In this document: positions 1 through 9,926 of the stretch, piece after piece
Layout of the letters: each line of letters starts with the position of its first letter
Numbering within the stretch: the first letter of the stretch is position 1
Source: Candidatus Saccharimonadaceae bacterium
Lineage (GTDB): Bacteria; Patescibacteriota; Saccharimonadia; Saccharimonadales; Saccharimonadaceae
Direction: 5' to 3'
Assembly: GCA_031548885.1 (NCBI GenBank)
Contig: JAVBQO010000004.1
Coordinates: forward strand, 32,544-96,543
Length of the DNA stretch: 64,000 bases
Made by a program: the position numbers and the translations under genes
Notes under the pieces: generated by a model
The model's database searches: none
What the model saw: only the letters and a program-made list of their open reading frames with translations
What the model was told of the DNA's origin: nothing

Positions 1-893
1 TCCAGCGAATTGTCAACGTGCCAAAACGCGGTCTGGGCGCGGCGTCGGTCGACAAGTTTTTGATATGGCAGGCGAATTCCGACAAATCAATTATCGAATC
101 ATTACTCGACATCGAATCTCATCCTGATCTGACAAAACGCGCTAAAACGGCGTTTTCGCGGCTAGGCGGAGCGCTATTCTCGCTAACCAAAGTGGCTAAC
201 GAAATGCTCCCCGACGAATTCATCAGCGCAGTCATCAAAAAATTTGACTACATGGACCATCTGAACGACGGCACGCCGCAGGCCGAAACGCGCCAGGAAA
301 ATGTCGCCGAACTTTTGTCGGTGGCCAAAGAATATATCGACGCCGGGCTGGACGGCTTCTTAGAAGAAGTCGCGTTGGTGTCGAGTCTCGATTCGGTTGA
401 CGATCGCGCCGACGCCGTGACGCTGATGACGTTGCACGCCGCCAAGGGTTTGGAATTTCCGGTTGTGTTCATGATCGGCATGGAAGAGTCGATATTCCCG
501 CACTCGCGGGCGTTGTTCGAACCATCCGAAATGGAAGAAGAGCGTCGTCTCTGTTACGTCGGCATGACGCGGGCCCGCGAAGAATTGATTTTGACGGCGG
601 CGCAGTCGCGCATGTTGTTCGGTCAACGCCAATACAATCCGCCGTCGCGATTTTTGGCTGATATCGATGCGAAAATCGAGCAAATGTCGCCGTATGATGA
701 CTTTTCGCAAAAATTCGACGACGAAATTCAATATGAACCAGAGGAGATTGACGTCAAAATTGGCGATAAAGTTCGCCATCAAATTTTCGGCATTGGCCGC
801 GTTGCCGAGATTGACGGAACAGTGGTCGAAGTCGACTTTAACGGCAAAACCAAAAAGCTAAACGTGGCCTTCGCGCCACTCGAAAAACTGTAG
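1..893 (+). CDS. pcrA: UvrD/PcrA-family ATP-dependent DNA helicase, C-terminal part (5' end lies outside the window)
   Basis: C-terminal helicase motifs LMTLHAAKGLEFPVVF and RRLCYVGMTRARE. The frame is open to the window edge. Confidence 0.85.
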   Translation, partial: QRIVNVPKRGLGAASVDKFLIWQANSDKSIIESLLDIESHPDLTKRAKTAFSRLGGALFSLTKVANEMLPDEFISAVIKKFDYMDHLNDGTPQAETRQENVAELLSVAKEYIDAGLDGFLEEVALVSSLDSVDDRADAVTLMTLHAAKGLEFPVVFMIGMEESIFPHSRALFEPSEMEEERRLCYVGMTRAREELILTAAQSRMLFGQRQYNPPSRFLADIDAKIEQMSPYDDFSQKFDDEIQYEPEEIDVKIGDKVRHQIFGIGRVAEIDGTVVEVDFNGKTKKLNVAFAPLEKL

Positions 894-943
894 CAAACCG
901 CTTGCGTATTCGCATGTGATCATGTATAATGTCTAGTTAGATT

Positions 944-2188
944 GTGAGTAAGTTTTTTAATCAGGCACGCTCCCATTTCTCTGCCCATCCACCACTCTGG
1001 GTCTGGCTCGCAGCGGTATTTCTGTTTGGCTTGGCGGTTTTCGGTACGGCCAATTTCGCATTGGCGCAGGGTCAGGAGAAAATTGGCGATGGCGACCGAT
1101 TGATTACGGTGTACGACAACGGCAGCGAAAAAACCATCGTTACCAAAGCGGCAACAATCGCCAGCGCACTAGAGCAGGCCAATATTGCGGTCGAATCGGC
1201 TGACGCTGTCGAGCCGGCGCTGGATACGCAGCTGGTTGCGAAATCGTACAGTGTGAATATTTATCGTGCCCGACCGGTGGTGGTGGTCGACGGCGAACAG
1301 AAAACGCGCGTTATGACAGCGGCGCAATCGCCAGCCAAAATCGCCGAATCGGCTGGCGTAACGTTGTATGCAGAGGACGAAACCAACGTGGCGCGCGTCA
1401 ATGACGTGCTATCGGACGGCGGCGCTGGACTAACTATGACGATTGATCGGGCCACAGCGGTCAATTTGGTGCTATACGGCCAGAATAATCAAATTCGCAC
1501 GCAGGCCAAAACCGTTGGCGATTTGTTGGATGAAAAAGGCGTTAAAATGGACGCCGCCGATACGCTTAACACGAATCGTTCGGCGTCAATTACCGATGGC
1601 ATGACGATCGAAGTTTGGCGTAACGGCACGCAAACCGTCACACAGGACGAGGCGATTCCGTTTGAAACCGAGCAGATTCAGGATGCCGACCAACCGGCAG
1701 GCTACAAAGCTGTCAAAGAAGCCGGACAAGATGGCGTTAAATCGGTGACTTACGAAATCGAAATGCGCAACGGCCAGGAAATTTCGCGCAAAGAAATCCA
1801 AAGCGTGACGTCGAAAGAGCCGAAGAAACAGATCGAAATTGTCGGCGTAAAAGTTAAACCGGGCCAAGGCCTGACCAAATCAATGGGCGTCAATCAGTTT
1901 ACCGATAGCAGAGGTGTAACTCACCGCGAAACCTACTATGATTTGCCGATGAACAGAGTGATGCAAAATTGCGGCCAAGGTGGCTATTATACCGTTAGGG
2001 AAGATGGTGTTAAGGTTGATCGTGATGGCTATGTCATCATAGCTGCGAACCTAGGCATTTATCCACGATGTTCAGTTGTGGAAACGAGTGTCGGTCCGGG
2101 TAAAGTTTACGATACAGGTGGTTTTGCGGCATATCATCCTCACGGCTGGGATATTGCTACTGACTGGACGAATTACAACGGCGTTTAG
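944..2188 (+). CDS. DUF348/G5/3D-domain cell-wall-associated protein (YabE/RpfB-like architecture)
   Basis: N-terminal TM anchor, DUF348-like repeats, G5 segment (GYKAVKEAGQDGVKSVTYE) and a C-terminal 3D-like segment (GKVYDTGGF). TTGCGT-N17-TATAAT promoter at 902-930. GTG start. Confidence 0.75.
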   Translation: MSKFFNQARSHFSAHPPLWVWLAAVFLFGLAVFGTANFALAQGQEKIGDGDRLITVYDNGSEKTIVTKAATIASALEQANIAVESADAVEPALDTQLVAKSYSVNIYRARPVVVVDGEQKTRVMTAAQSPAKIAESAGVTLYAEDETNVARVNDVLSDGGAGLTMTIDRATAVNLVLYGQNNQIRTQAKTVGDLLDEKGVKMDAADTLNTNRSASITDGMTIEVWRNGTQTVTQDEAIPFETEQIQDADQPAGYKAVKEAGQDGVKSVTYEIEMRNGQEISRKEIQSVTSKEPKKQIEIVGVKVKPGQGLTKSMGVNQFTDSRGVTHRETYYDLPMNRVMQNCGQGGYYTVREDGVKVDRDGYVIIAANLGIYPRCSVVETSVGPGKVYDTGGFAAYHPHGWDIATDWTNYNGV

Positions 2189-2244
2189 TATCTTTATCTG
2201 ACAAACGATCTTTTGTCAGTGACTCGGGGTGCTATACTGGATTC

Positions 2245-2667
2245 ATGATTGAAATTATTGCGAGAAGCTCCATCATATTGCGCCTCGAAAAAGGCGAAAA
2301 ATTAGTCGAACAACTGAACCGATTTGCGTTCAATCATCCGCGAAAAAGCTACTGGCTAAGCGGCATCGGGTCGTCGCACGATCCCGACATTGGTTATTTC
2401 GACGAAACAATTCTGAATTATCAGTGGAGTGTGCGCGAAGGCGTATTTGAAATCGTTAATTTGACCGGGAATTTGGCGTGGGAAAACGGCCAACCGATTT
2501 GGCACATCCACGGCACATTTGCCAACCAAACGAACGTCACGTTCGGCGGGCATATTCGCGAATTGATCGTCGGCGCGACGTGCGAAATTCATCTGACGGA
2601 AATCGCGCCGTTAAAACGCACGTTTGACGCACAGATCGGACTGAAATTGCTCGATGAAACCGAATAA
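2245..2667 (+). CDS. PPC (DUF296) domain protein
   Basis: 140 aa with a WHIHGTF...FGGHI pattern typical of PPC/DUF296. TATACT at 2233-2238 lies 6 nt before the ATG. Confidence 0.6.
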   Translation: MIEIIARSSIILRLEKGEKLVEQLNRFAFNHPRKSYWLSGIGSSHDPDIGYFDETILNYQWSVREGVFEIVNLTGNLAWENGQPIWHIHGTFANQTNVTFGGHIRELIVGATCEIHLTEIAPLKRTFDAQIGLKLLDETE

Positions 2668-3430
2668 GGATTTGGGTCAACATTGGTTGCACGACGCACA
2701 AATTTTGCGCGACATTGCCGACGCGGCCGATATTTCTGCTGATGATACGATTTTGGAAATTGGGCCGGGGCTTGGCACGCTGACGGCGGTTTTGTGCGAA
2801 AAGGCAAAAAACGTGGTGGCAGTGGAATTCGATGCGGAATTGGCGAAAAACTTGCCATCACGCGTCGATGCGAAAAATTTGTCGGTGCAAAACGCCGACA
2901 TTTTGCAATTTGATTTGTCAAAGTTGCCGGCAAACTACAAAGTCGTCGCCAACGTGCCGTATTACATCACGTCAAAAATCGTCCAAAAGTTGTTGAGCGC
3001 GAACAATCGTCCGTCTGTCGCCGTGTTGTTGGTGCAGCGCGAAGTCGCCGAGCGCCTGGCCGCGAAACCGGGCGACATGAGCGTGCTGTCGGTGTCGGCG
3101 CAATTATTTGCGACGGTTGATTTGGGTGTCGAAGTCCCGGCGAAATTTTTCACGCCGCCGCCAAAGGTCGATTCGCAGGTCGTGGTTTTGCGCGTGCGAA
3201 AAACGCCACTTTTCGCAGATTTGGACGAAAAACGGTTTTTTCGCATCGTCAAAGCCGGCTTTGCGAACCGCCGAAAAAAACTTCGATCAAGTTTGGCCGC
3301 GGGTTTGGCAATTTCGAAACTCGATGCCGAAAACCTGTTGCGAAAAGTCGACATCGACCCAAATTTGCGTGCGCAGGATTTGTCACTAACGGATTGGCAG
3401 AAATTGGCGCAACTTACGGCAAATTACTGA
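2654..3430 (+). CDS. rsmA: 16S rRNA (adenine1518/1519-N6)-dimethyltransferase
   Basis: LGQHWL N-terminus, SAM motif ILEIGPGLGTLT and the NVPYYITS motif. Overlaps the upstream gene by 14 nt. Confidence 0.9.
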   Translation: MKPNKDLGQHWLHDAQILRDIADAADISADDTILEIGPGLGTLTAVLCEKAKNVVAVEFDAELAKNLPSRVDAKNLSVQNADILQFDLSKLPANYKVVANVPYYITSKIVQKLLSANNRPSVAVLLVQREVAERLAAKPGDMSVLSVSAQLFATVDLGVEVPAKFFTPPPKVDSQVVVLRVRKTPLFADLDEKRFFRIVKAGFANRRKKLRSSLAAGLAISKLDAENLLRKVDIDPNLRAQDLSLTDWQKLAQLTANY

Positions 3431-4127
3431 TCGGGGTAACGATGCCGCCGAAGTTATAGGGTGTAAATTTGTCGGCAATAAATATCGGAAACGCGGGAGA
3501 TTTGACACCGAGCTGCGCGGCGATTTTTGGATCAAGCTGCGAAAACGCTTTCACATTGCTGGATGAGAGCGCCAATCGCTCCGCATCGTCGAGCGTCATC
3601 CGATAGGCGAACTTAAACAAGTTTGGTTTTCCGATCGTGTCAAAGTTTTTCATGCACGCCAGCATTTTGATTATTTCGCACCATATCAGCGCACTGTTTC
3701 GTGGACTTGTCATGCTGATTTCAACTGAAATGCAATTGGGTGCGAATTTGTTGATACAATCATAATCCGCAACTATGACGCGGCTGAGTCCTAATATAGA
3801 TGCAATGTCGAGTAGTTTTGCGTTCGCATCTTTGCCAATGAAAGCGCAATCGTTATCAGGGCAGTGCGTATTGTGAAAGTCGAAAACTATATCGTAATTC
3901 TGGCATTTGCTTAGCAAAAACTGCGCACGCTTTGATTCATACGAATCGTCATTTACGCCAAACGAACGATTCAAATCACGATTCATGAAGCGCCGATTCT
4001 GCCAAGTTGCGGCGGGGTTTGCAATTATCGTATCGATATTTGCGACAGGATTGTTTCGCAGTGATTTCACAACGTCTATACCCAATGGCTCGTTGCCGTG
4101 CATACCGCCAATAACCAAGATTCTCAT
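3414..4127 (-). CDS. Succinylglutamate desuccinylase/aspartoacylase (AstE/AspA) family zinc deacylase
   Basis: N-terminal MRILVIGGMHGNEPLG zinc-binding motif of the M14-like AstE/AspA family. Confidence 0.7.
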   Translation of the reverse strand: MRILVIGGMHGNEPLGIDVVKSLRNNPVANIDTIIANPAATWQNRRFMNRDLNRSFGVNDDSYESKRAQFLLSKCQNYDIVFDFHNTHCPDNDCAFIGKDANAKLLDIASILGLSRVIVADYDCINKFAPNCISVEISMTSPRNSALIWCEIIKMLACMKNFDTIGKPNLFKFAYRMTLDDAERLALSSSNVKAFSQLDPKIAAQLGVKSPAFPIFIADKFTPYNFGGIVTPISNLP

Positions 4128-4777
4128 TTCGCACTCCCGTCGATGATGGCGAAATCACGCCAGTCTGGAACGTCCAGTTTTCGCTTTAGGATGGTGGCGT
4201 TTTTGCCGAAATCACGCTCGCTGGCTCGTAGCATCGCTGGATTGATTGTTCGAAACGCAAGCGTCGGCACGTCAAGCTGCGCCATCATGCCGCAAACAAA
4301 AGAGCCAAAATTTCGCAAATTTCCACGTGGCCGAGCCTGTAAATCCGCGAAAACCTCGTCAAGCCAAATTATTGGCGACACAATGTTTGTTTCGATCCAA
4401 TCTTGCATCGTGTCGTCCGAATATTTATTTTCCGCAATAGTGTCCGGTGTTGTAGCATAAGCCACTGCGGCGAGCGCTATTCTTCCAGAAAATTGTTCGG
4501 TGTACCAAGAACTATTTTTTGATTCGTAGCTGGCGAATAATTCAGTTAGATATGTGGTAGAATATGCTGGATCGACAACCTGCTCGCTGCATGTTCCGCA
4601 AGTTAACCCGGGTCCTGTGGCGGAAAATCCGCTGGCGCATCGCGATGCGGGGTCTACGCATTTGCCGCGCTCAAACCAGGGCGGGCCAGCGAATGCGGAT
4701 CGATACGTTTCGGCAAGCTCATTATAAAATGGCCGAATGTCCGTTGATGAGTAAAATTTTTCCATAAATTTCTCCAT
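4124..4777 (-). CDS. Hypothetical protein, translationally coupled upstream of the AstE/AspA-like gene
   Basis: 217-aa ORF that overlaps the downstream gene by 4 nt. I recognise no family. The Cys-rich stretch CVDPASRCASGF...CGTC is notable. Confidence 0.5.
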   Translation of the reverse strand: MEKFMEKFYSSTDIRPFYNELAETYRSAFAGPPWFERGKCVDPASRCASGFSATGPGLTCGTCSEQVVDPAYSTTYLTELFASYESKNSSWYTEQFSGRIALAAVAYATTPDTIAENKYSDDTMQDWIETNIVSPIIWLDEVFADLQARPRGNLRNFGSFVCGMMAQLDVPTLAFRTINPAMLRASERDFGKNATILKRKLDVPDWRDFAIIDGSAK

Positions 4778-4833
4778 TAAAATATAAAGTAAAACGCCAG
4801 CCTGCGCTGACGAAAAACATCAAAGCAGGCTGG

Positions 4834-5136
4834 CTATTGATGTCTGTGATGTTGGTTTATGGCAGTAGAGTAGCCGCCCGTGCCGGTTTTGATCCATTCA
4901 CTAATGCGTGCGATAGTTCGCGTGCTGAGTCCGGTTTTCGCAGAAATTTCGGTATATGGAACTTTGTCGAATAGCATTTTGGCTGCCGCAAAACGAGCGC
5001 TAACTTCAGTTATTTCGCTCTCTGTCATGACGTCGCGTAGAAATTTTTGCATGAGTCCTGTCGAATTGATTTCGCAAAGAATCGTCGCGAATTCGCGAGG
5101 ATATTCTTTGCTCCAGACGGTGCTCGAGTTTGACAT
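4834..5136 (-). CDS. TrpR-related YerC/YecD family DNA-binding protein
   Basis: 100 aa with the HTH segment YTEISAKTGLSTRTIARISEW typical of YerC/YecD. Confidence 0.75.
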   Translation of the reverse strand: MSNSSTVWSKEYPREFATILCEINSTGLMQKFLRDVMTESEITEVSARFAAAKMLFDKVPYTEISAKTGLSTRTIARISEWIKTGTGGYSTAINQHHRHQ

Positions 5137-5187
5137 GGCTATAATTTACCAAAGTAAAGCGAAATAATCAAGTGATAAAATGTACGT

Positions 5188-5877
5188 ATGAAAAATGAAC
5201 CAATAATTTTCGCGAATGACGTGGTAATTGGGTTGTCGACAATCGCCGACGGCAACATGAAAGCCGTCGATCCGCGCGACGAAAACGAAGTTGCGAAAAA
5301 CCAAAAGACATTTTTAAGCCGTACCGGTTTTGCTCCGTCCGAAACGATGATGATTTGGCTTGACTACGACAAAACTGATTTTTGTCGGTACGAAATCGTT
5401 ACGAAAAATGCCGAACACAAAAATATGCGAAAGATCGTCGGCGTTGACGGTTTGGCGACGACTGCGAAAAATCTGGCGATTTTCTTGCCGCTGGCCGATT
5501 GTCTGGGCGCGGTCATCTACGATCCGAAAAATCACGCGCTGATGGTTTCGCATCTGGGCCGACATTCCGCCGAACAGTTCGGCGCACGAAAATCAATCGA
5601 ATTCATGACGAATCAGTTCGGCACCAACCCGCGTGACGTACGAATTTGGCTGAGTCCGACGGCCGGCGCGAAAAATTATCCGTTGTTTGCGTTTGATAAT
5701 CGTAGTTTGCGTGACGTGAATGTCAGGCACTTTTCGCAGTCTGGTGTTTTGCCGGAAAAAATCAGCGGCGGCGAGATTGATACGACGACTGACGAGAATT
5801 ACTTTTCGCATAGCGTAGCGCAAAAAACTGGCGTCGATTTGGGCAAACGCTTCGCAATTGTCGCGAAGCTACGGTAG
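5188..5877 (+). CDS. pgeF: YfiH/PgeF (DUF152) family purine nucleoside phosphorylase / peptidoglycan editing factor
   Basis: LPLADCLGAVIYD and SHLGRHS motifs (Cys/His triad region). TGaTAAAAT lies 6 nt before the ATG. Confidence 0.75.
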   Translation: MKNEPIIFANDVVIGLSTIADGNMKAVDPRDENEVAKNQKTFLSRTGFAPSETMMIWLDYDKTDFCRYEIVTKNAEHKNMRKIVGVDGLATTAKNLAIFLPLADCLGAVIYDPKNHALMVSHLGRHSAEQFGARKSIEFMTNQFGTNPRDVRIWLSPTAGAKNYPLFAFDNRSLRDVNVRHFSQSGVLPEKISGGEIDTTTDENYFSHSVAQKTGVDLGKRFAIVAKLR

Positions 5878-5922
5878 TCGCTGGCTGGTTTTTGTATATT
5901 GGTTGTGCTAATATAGCGTCAT

Positions 5923-7608
5923 ATGATGTATGGTGCGCGTCGATTATCGGGACGTCGGATTGTTTTGCTGCTAGCGGCGTTTTTGCTAGCTGTCGCGTCA
6001 GTGATAAGCATCGGCGCAACGCGAAATTTCGCACATGCGTTGGGCAATTCGGCCGCAATTTCGCCCAATCAAGGCTCAATCGCTGGTGGCACCGAAGTCA
6101 CCATCACTGGCCTGGGCTTCATCTCTGACGCAAAAATTGTTCAAGTCGCCGCCGGCAGCGACACTTCGTTTGCAGTGGATGATCACGGAAATTTGTATGC
6201 GTGGGGTTCGAACTATGTCGGCATGCTAGGCGATGGAACGACCGGCCAAATCAATACACCGAAGAAAATTTCCGGTGGAACAATCCCTGGCTCAGCCTTG
6301 ACGGCAGGCGTCAAAATCGTCAAAGTTGTGACGGGCGTTTACGGCACTGTCGCGCTTGATAGCAACGGCGACGTTTACGTTTGGGGTGCTGGTCCGCTGG
6401 GCAACGGCGATATCAACAGCTATAGCTTGCTACCGGTCAAAATTTCTGGTGGTGTTATCCCTGGTTCGGCTTTGGTCGACGGCGTAAGAATCGTTGACGC
6501 GTCGCTTATCGGTACCTCTGACGGGTTGCTTGTCGATGACGAGGGCGATTTGTACGGTTGGGGTCAGAATTCCAGCGGCGAGTTGGGCGACGGAACTAGC
6601 ACCGAGCGTTCCGTGCCGATCAAACTGTCCGGCGGCGTCATCCCAGATTCAGCCTTGACGGAAGGCGTAAAGATAGTGCAAATAGCATCCAAACTGTACG
6701 GATTCACGGCGGCGGTTGACGATCAAGGTAATCTTTACACGTGGGGTGTTAATTACAACGGCGAGCTGGGCAACGGAACGACCATCCACACTTCTTTACC
6801 AGCGGTAATTTCTGGCGGCGTCATTCCCGGATCCGCTCTGACGACGGGTGTCAAAATAGCTCAAGTCAGCATCGGCGAGGACGCCTTAGTCGCTCGTGAC
6901 GAACAGGGAATCATCTATGTCTGGGGCTCAACCGGCTGGGGTCAGTTCGGCAACGGCGCACATTTTGCTGATAGCCCAGTGCCGATTCAGATTTCCGACG
7001 GTGCTGTTCCAGGATCGATCTTGGACTCTGATGTCAAAATCGCCCAGGTGTCGGTCGGTTCATATAGCGTAGCCGCCATCGACGACCAAAACAACGTTTA
7101 CACATGGGGATACAGCGGCTACGGACTGGCTGGCAACGGAATGTTGACGGAAAATTTATTGCCAGTTTTGATTTCCGGTGGCGTCATCTCGGGATCGGCC
7201 CTGGCTGCCGACGTCGTATTGGCTCAAATTGCGGTTGGCGTCAGTCACGCTATTGCCTTCGACGACCAAGGAGCTGTCTATGGATGGGCACTCAACAACG
7301 TAGGCCAATTGGGTCAAGGTGCGTCTGGCCCGGAAAATTGCTGGGGGAGCGGGTGCGCCAAAGTGCCGATCGAAATCTCCGGTTTTGATCCGGACACCGA
7401 CACGGTTGTATCGGTAAGATTCGGCGATGTGGAATGTACGGATTTGCAGGTTATTTCCGATACAGAATTGACTTGTCGCGTGCCGGCGCGTGCGGCGGGG
7501 CGCGTTGACGTGACGCTGACGACGCAGCTGGGCGAGACGCTGGCCATCAATGGCTATACGTATCTTGACGAAACCATTCCCGGCGTGCCAAATACCGGCC
7601 GCTTCTAG
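5923..7608 (+). CDS. Secreted RCC1-repeat beta-propeller protein nested in an IPT/TIG domain
   Basis: Signal peptide, then seven Y(x)WG...G(x)LG(x)G RCC1 blades (YAWGSNYVGMLGDG, YVWGAGPLGNGD, YGWGQNSSGELGDG, YTWGVNYNGELGNG, YVWGSTGWGQFGNG, YTWGYSGYGLAGNG, YGWALNNVGQLGQG), flanked by the two halves of an IPT/TIG fold. Confidence 0.8.
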   Translation: MMYGARRLSGRRIVLLLAAFLLAVASVISIGATRNFAHALGNSAAISPNQGSIAGGTEVTITGLGFISDAKIVQVAAGSDTSFAVDDHGNLYAWGSNYVGMLGDGTTGQINTPKKISGGTIPGSALTAGVKIVKVVTGVYGTVALDSNGDVYVWGAGPLGNGDINSYSLLPVKISGGVIPGSALVDGVRIVDASLIGTSDGLLVDDEGDLYGWGQNSSGELGDGTSTERSVPIKLSGGVIPDSALTEGVKIVQIASKLYGFTAAVDDQGNLYTWGVNYNGELGNGTTIHTSLPAVISGGVIPGSALTTGVKIAQVSIGEDALVARDEQGIIYVWGSTGWGQFGNGAHFADSPVPIQISDGAVPGSILDSDVKIAQVSVGSYSVAAIDDQNNVYTWGYSGYGLAGNGMLTENLLPVLISGGVISGSALAADVVLAQIAVGVSHAIAFDDQGAVYGWALNNVGQLGQGASGPENCWGSGCAKVPIEISGFDPDTDTVVSVRFGDVECTDLQVISDTELTCRVPARAAGRVDVTLTTQLGETLAINGYTYLDETIPGVPNTGRF

Positions 7609-7640
7609 CAAAACTTATCAAAATCATCTAAAATAGCCAT

Positions 7641-9143
7641 GTGAGCAAAAAACCATATATCACGACCGCTATTCCATATGCCAACGCCAAGCCGCACATC
7701 GGCAACGCGATTGACTATTTGCTGGCGGATATTTGGGCGCGTTATCACAAACAAAACGGCCAGCCGGTGCGTTTTCAGGTTGGCGTGGACGAACATGGCA
7801 ACAAAATTGCCGCCAAAGCCGCCGAAGCTAATTTGGATCCGAAAACCTATGTCGATCAAATGTACGGCAATTTCGAAAAGTTGATGACAGCGGTCAAAGC
7901 CGACTACACCGATTTCATTCGCACCACCGACCCGGCGCACGAATCGCGTGTTCAGGCGATTTGGCAAAAACTGCAACCGTACATTTACAAAGGCATCTAC
8001 GAGGGTTGGTATTGCATTGGCTGCGAAAGTTTCGTCACCGACAAAGAAGCCGCCGCAACCGGCGGAATTTGCCCTGATCACCAAACGCCGTATCAACGTT
8101 TATCCGAGGAAAACTATTATTTCAAACTGAGCGAATTCGGCTCGCAAATCAAACAAGCAATTGCCAGCGGCCACATGAAAATCTTGCCAAAATTCCGCGA
8201 AAACGAAATCATTTCGCTGATCGACAGCGGTCTGCGCGACGTCAGCGTCAGCCGTCCGCGCAAAAATCTGTCGTGGGGCGTGAGCGTTCCGGGCGACGAT
8301 TCGCAGGTCATGTACGTCTGGATCGACGCCTTATCCAACTACATCACGGTGTTGGGCTATCCGGAGGATCCGTCGTATGCCGAATATTGGCCGGCCGATG
8401 TGCAGGTTATTGGCAAAGATATTTTGCGATTTCACGCCGCGATTTGGCCAGCTATGTTGATTGGTTTAGACTTGCCATTGCCAAAAGTGCTGTTTACGCA
8501 CGGTCACGTCACGGTTGGCGGCGCGAAAATGAGCAAAACCGTCGGCAACGTTATCGATCCGCTGGAAATTATCAATTCGTACGGTGTCGATGCTTTTCGC
8601 TATTATTTTTCGCGACATATTCCGACGTTCGACGATGGCGATTTCACATGGGAAAAATTTGAAAAAGCTTACAACGGCGAGCTGGCCAACGACCTGGGAA
8701 ATCTGGTCAGCCGCGTTGCCAACATGATCACTCGCTATCAATCGGGTGTCATCGGCGACATCGAGGAATTCGCGCATGACACGCAGCCGTATTACGACGC
8801 GATGAACAATTTGCGATTTGACATCGCGATGGAGGAGATTTGGTCGGTGGTGCAAAACTTGAACCGATATTTGGAAATGGTCAAACCGTGGCAGATCGCG
8901 AAAAAACTCGAAACCGACCCTGATGCCGAGGCGCATTTGGCCGAAGTTTTGAACTACGCGGCCGGCGGATTGTTGCTGATAGCGCAGCTGCTGTATCCGT
9001 TTACGCCCGATCTGTCGACCACCATCAAGGCGATTTTCGACCGCGGCGTCATCACGTCGCACGAAGGCGTGTTGTTTCCGAAAATGTACCTGCACACCGC
9101 TGATCCGAAACTTGCGAAAACGACGCCCGATGCAACTAGTTGA
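7641..9143 (+). CDS. metG: Methionine--tRNA ligase (short form, no C-terminal tRNA-binding domain)
   Basis: HIGH-type motif PHIGNA, KMSKT motif and a CxxC...C zinc knuckle region. GTG start 6 nt after TAAAAT (7629-7634). Confidence 0.92.
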   Translation: MSKKPYITTAIPYANAKPHIGNAIDYLLADIWARYHKQNGQPVRFQVGVDEHGNKIAAKAAEANLDPKTYVDQMYGNFEKLMTAVKADYTDFIRTTDPAHESRVQAIWQKLQPYIYKGIYEGWYCIGCESFVTDKEAAATGGICPDHQTPYQRLSEENYYFKLSEFGSQIKQAIASGHMKILPKFRENEIISLIDSGLRDVSVSRPRKNLSWGVSVPGDDSQVMYVWIDALSNYITVLGYPEDPSYAEYWPADVQVIGKDILRFHAAIWPAMLIGLDLPLPKVLFTHGHVTVGGAKMSKTVGNVIDPLEIINSYGVDAFRYYFSRHIPTFDDGDFTWEKFEKAYNGELANDLGNLVSRVANMITRYQSGVIGDIEEFAHDTQPYYDAMNNLRFDIAMEEIWSVVQNLNRYLEMVKPWQIAKKLETDPDAEAHLAEVLNYAAGGLLLIAQLLYPFTPDLSTTIKAIFDRGVITSHEGVLFPKMYLHTADPKLAKTTPDATS

Positions 9144-9882
9144 TACGCATTGCCACATTCACGAAAAATCATACCCGTTGAATCCGGATGAAGTTTTGGC
9201 GCGCGCTGCGGCCGCTGGCGTGACACGCGTCATTTGTGTCGGCACTGATTCGCAGAGTTCGATCGACGCGGTTGAGTTTGCGAAAACCCGCGAAAACCTC
9301 TATGCGATCGTCGGCGTTCATCCGCACGAAGCCAAATTCGGCGTTGGCGTGGTGCCGGATCTATTGGCCGAAAATCCGGAAATTGTCGGTGTTGGCGAAA
9401 TCGGTTTAGATTATTTCTATAATCATTCGCCGCGCCAGCAACAGATCGAAATCCTGAACCAGCAAATCGAATTGGCGCTGAAATACGACAAGCCGATTTC
9501 GTTTCATGTCCGAGATAGTTTTGACGATTTCTGGCCGATTTTCGACAATTTTCGCGGCGTGCGCGGCGTGGTGCATAGCTACACCGATTCGATGGAAAAC
9601 CTGGAAAAAGCGCTGGCGCGAAATCTGTACATCGGCGTCAACGGCATCGCCACATTTTGCAAAGTTCGCGAACAATGCGAAATGTACAAACAGATTCCGT
9701 TGTCAAACTTACTACTGGAAACTGACGCGCCGTTCTTGACGCCGATACCGAACCGTGGTAAAGTGAATGAACCAGCTTCTGTGAGGGTGATTGCTGAGTT
9801 TCTGTCCGAGCTTTATCAAACTGATTTGATGACGTTCGCGCAGACAACTTCGTCGAACGCCGAGAAGCTGTTTTCTATTTAA
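9130..9882 (+). CDS. tatD: TatD-family metal-dependent DNase/hydrolase
   Basis: MQLVDTHCHI N-terminus, GEIGLDY and HSY motifs. The ORF track start at 9112 would add 6 residues; either start overlaps the metG end. Confidence 0.85.
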   Translation: MQLVDTHCHIHEKSYPLNPDEVLARAAAAGVTRVICVGTDSQSSIDAVEFAKTRENLYAIVGVHPHEAKFGVGVVPDLLAENPEIVGVGEIGLDYFYNHSPRQQQIEILNQQIELALKYDKPISFHVRDSFDDFWPIFDNFRGVRGVVHSYTDSMENLEKALARNLYIGVNGIATFCKVREQCEMYKQIPLSNLLLETDAPFLTPIPNRGKVNEPASVRVIAEFLSELYQTDLMTFAQTTSSNAEKLFSI

Positions 9883-9926
9883 ACAAACACCGAAAATCAT
9901 CAAATGTAATTTGATAGGAGTTTGTT

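Noticed and set aside
7585-7608. The C-terminal IPGVPNTGRF of the RCC1 protein as a functional sortase sorting signal.
   Set aside because: A sorting signal needs a hydrophobic helix and a basic tail after the motif, and only two residues follow here. I noted it in the RCC1 finding as a possible truncated remnant.
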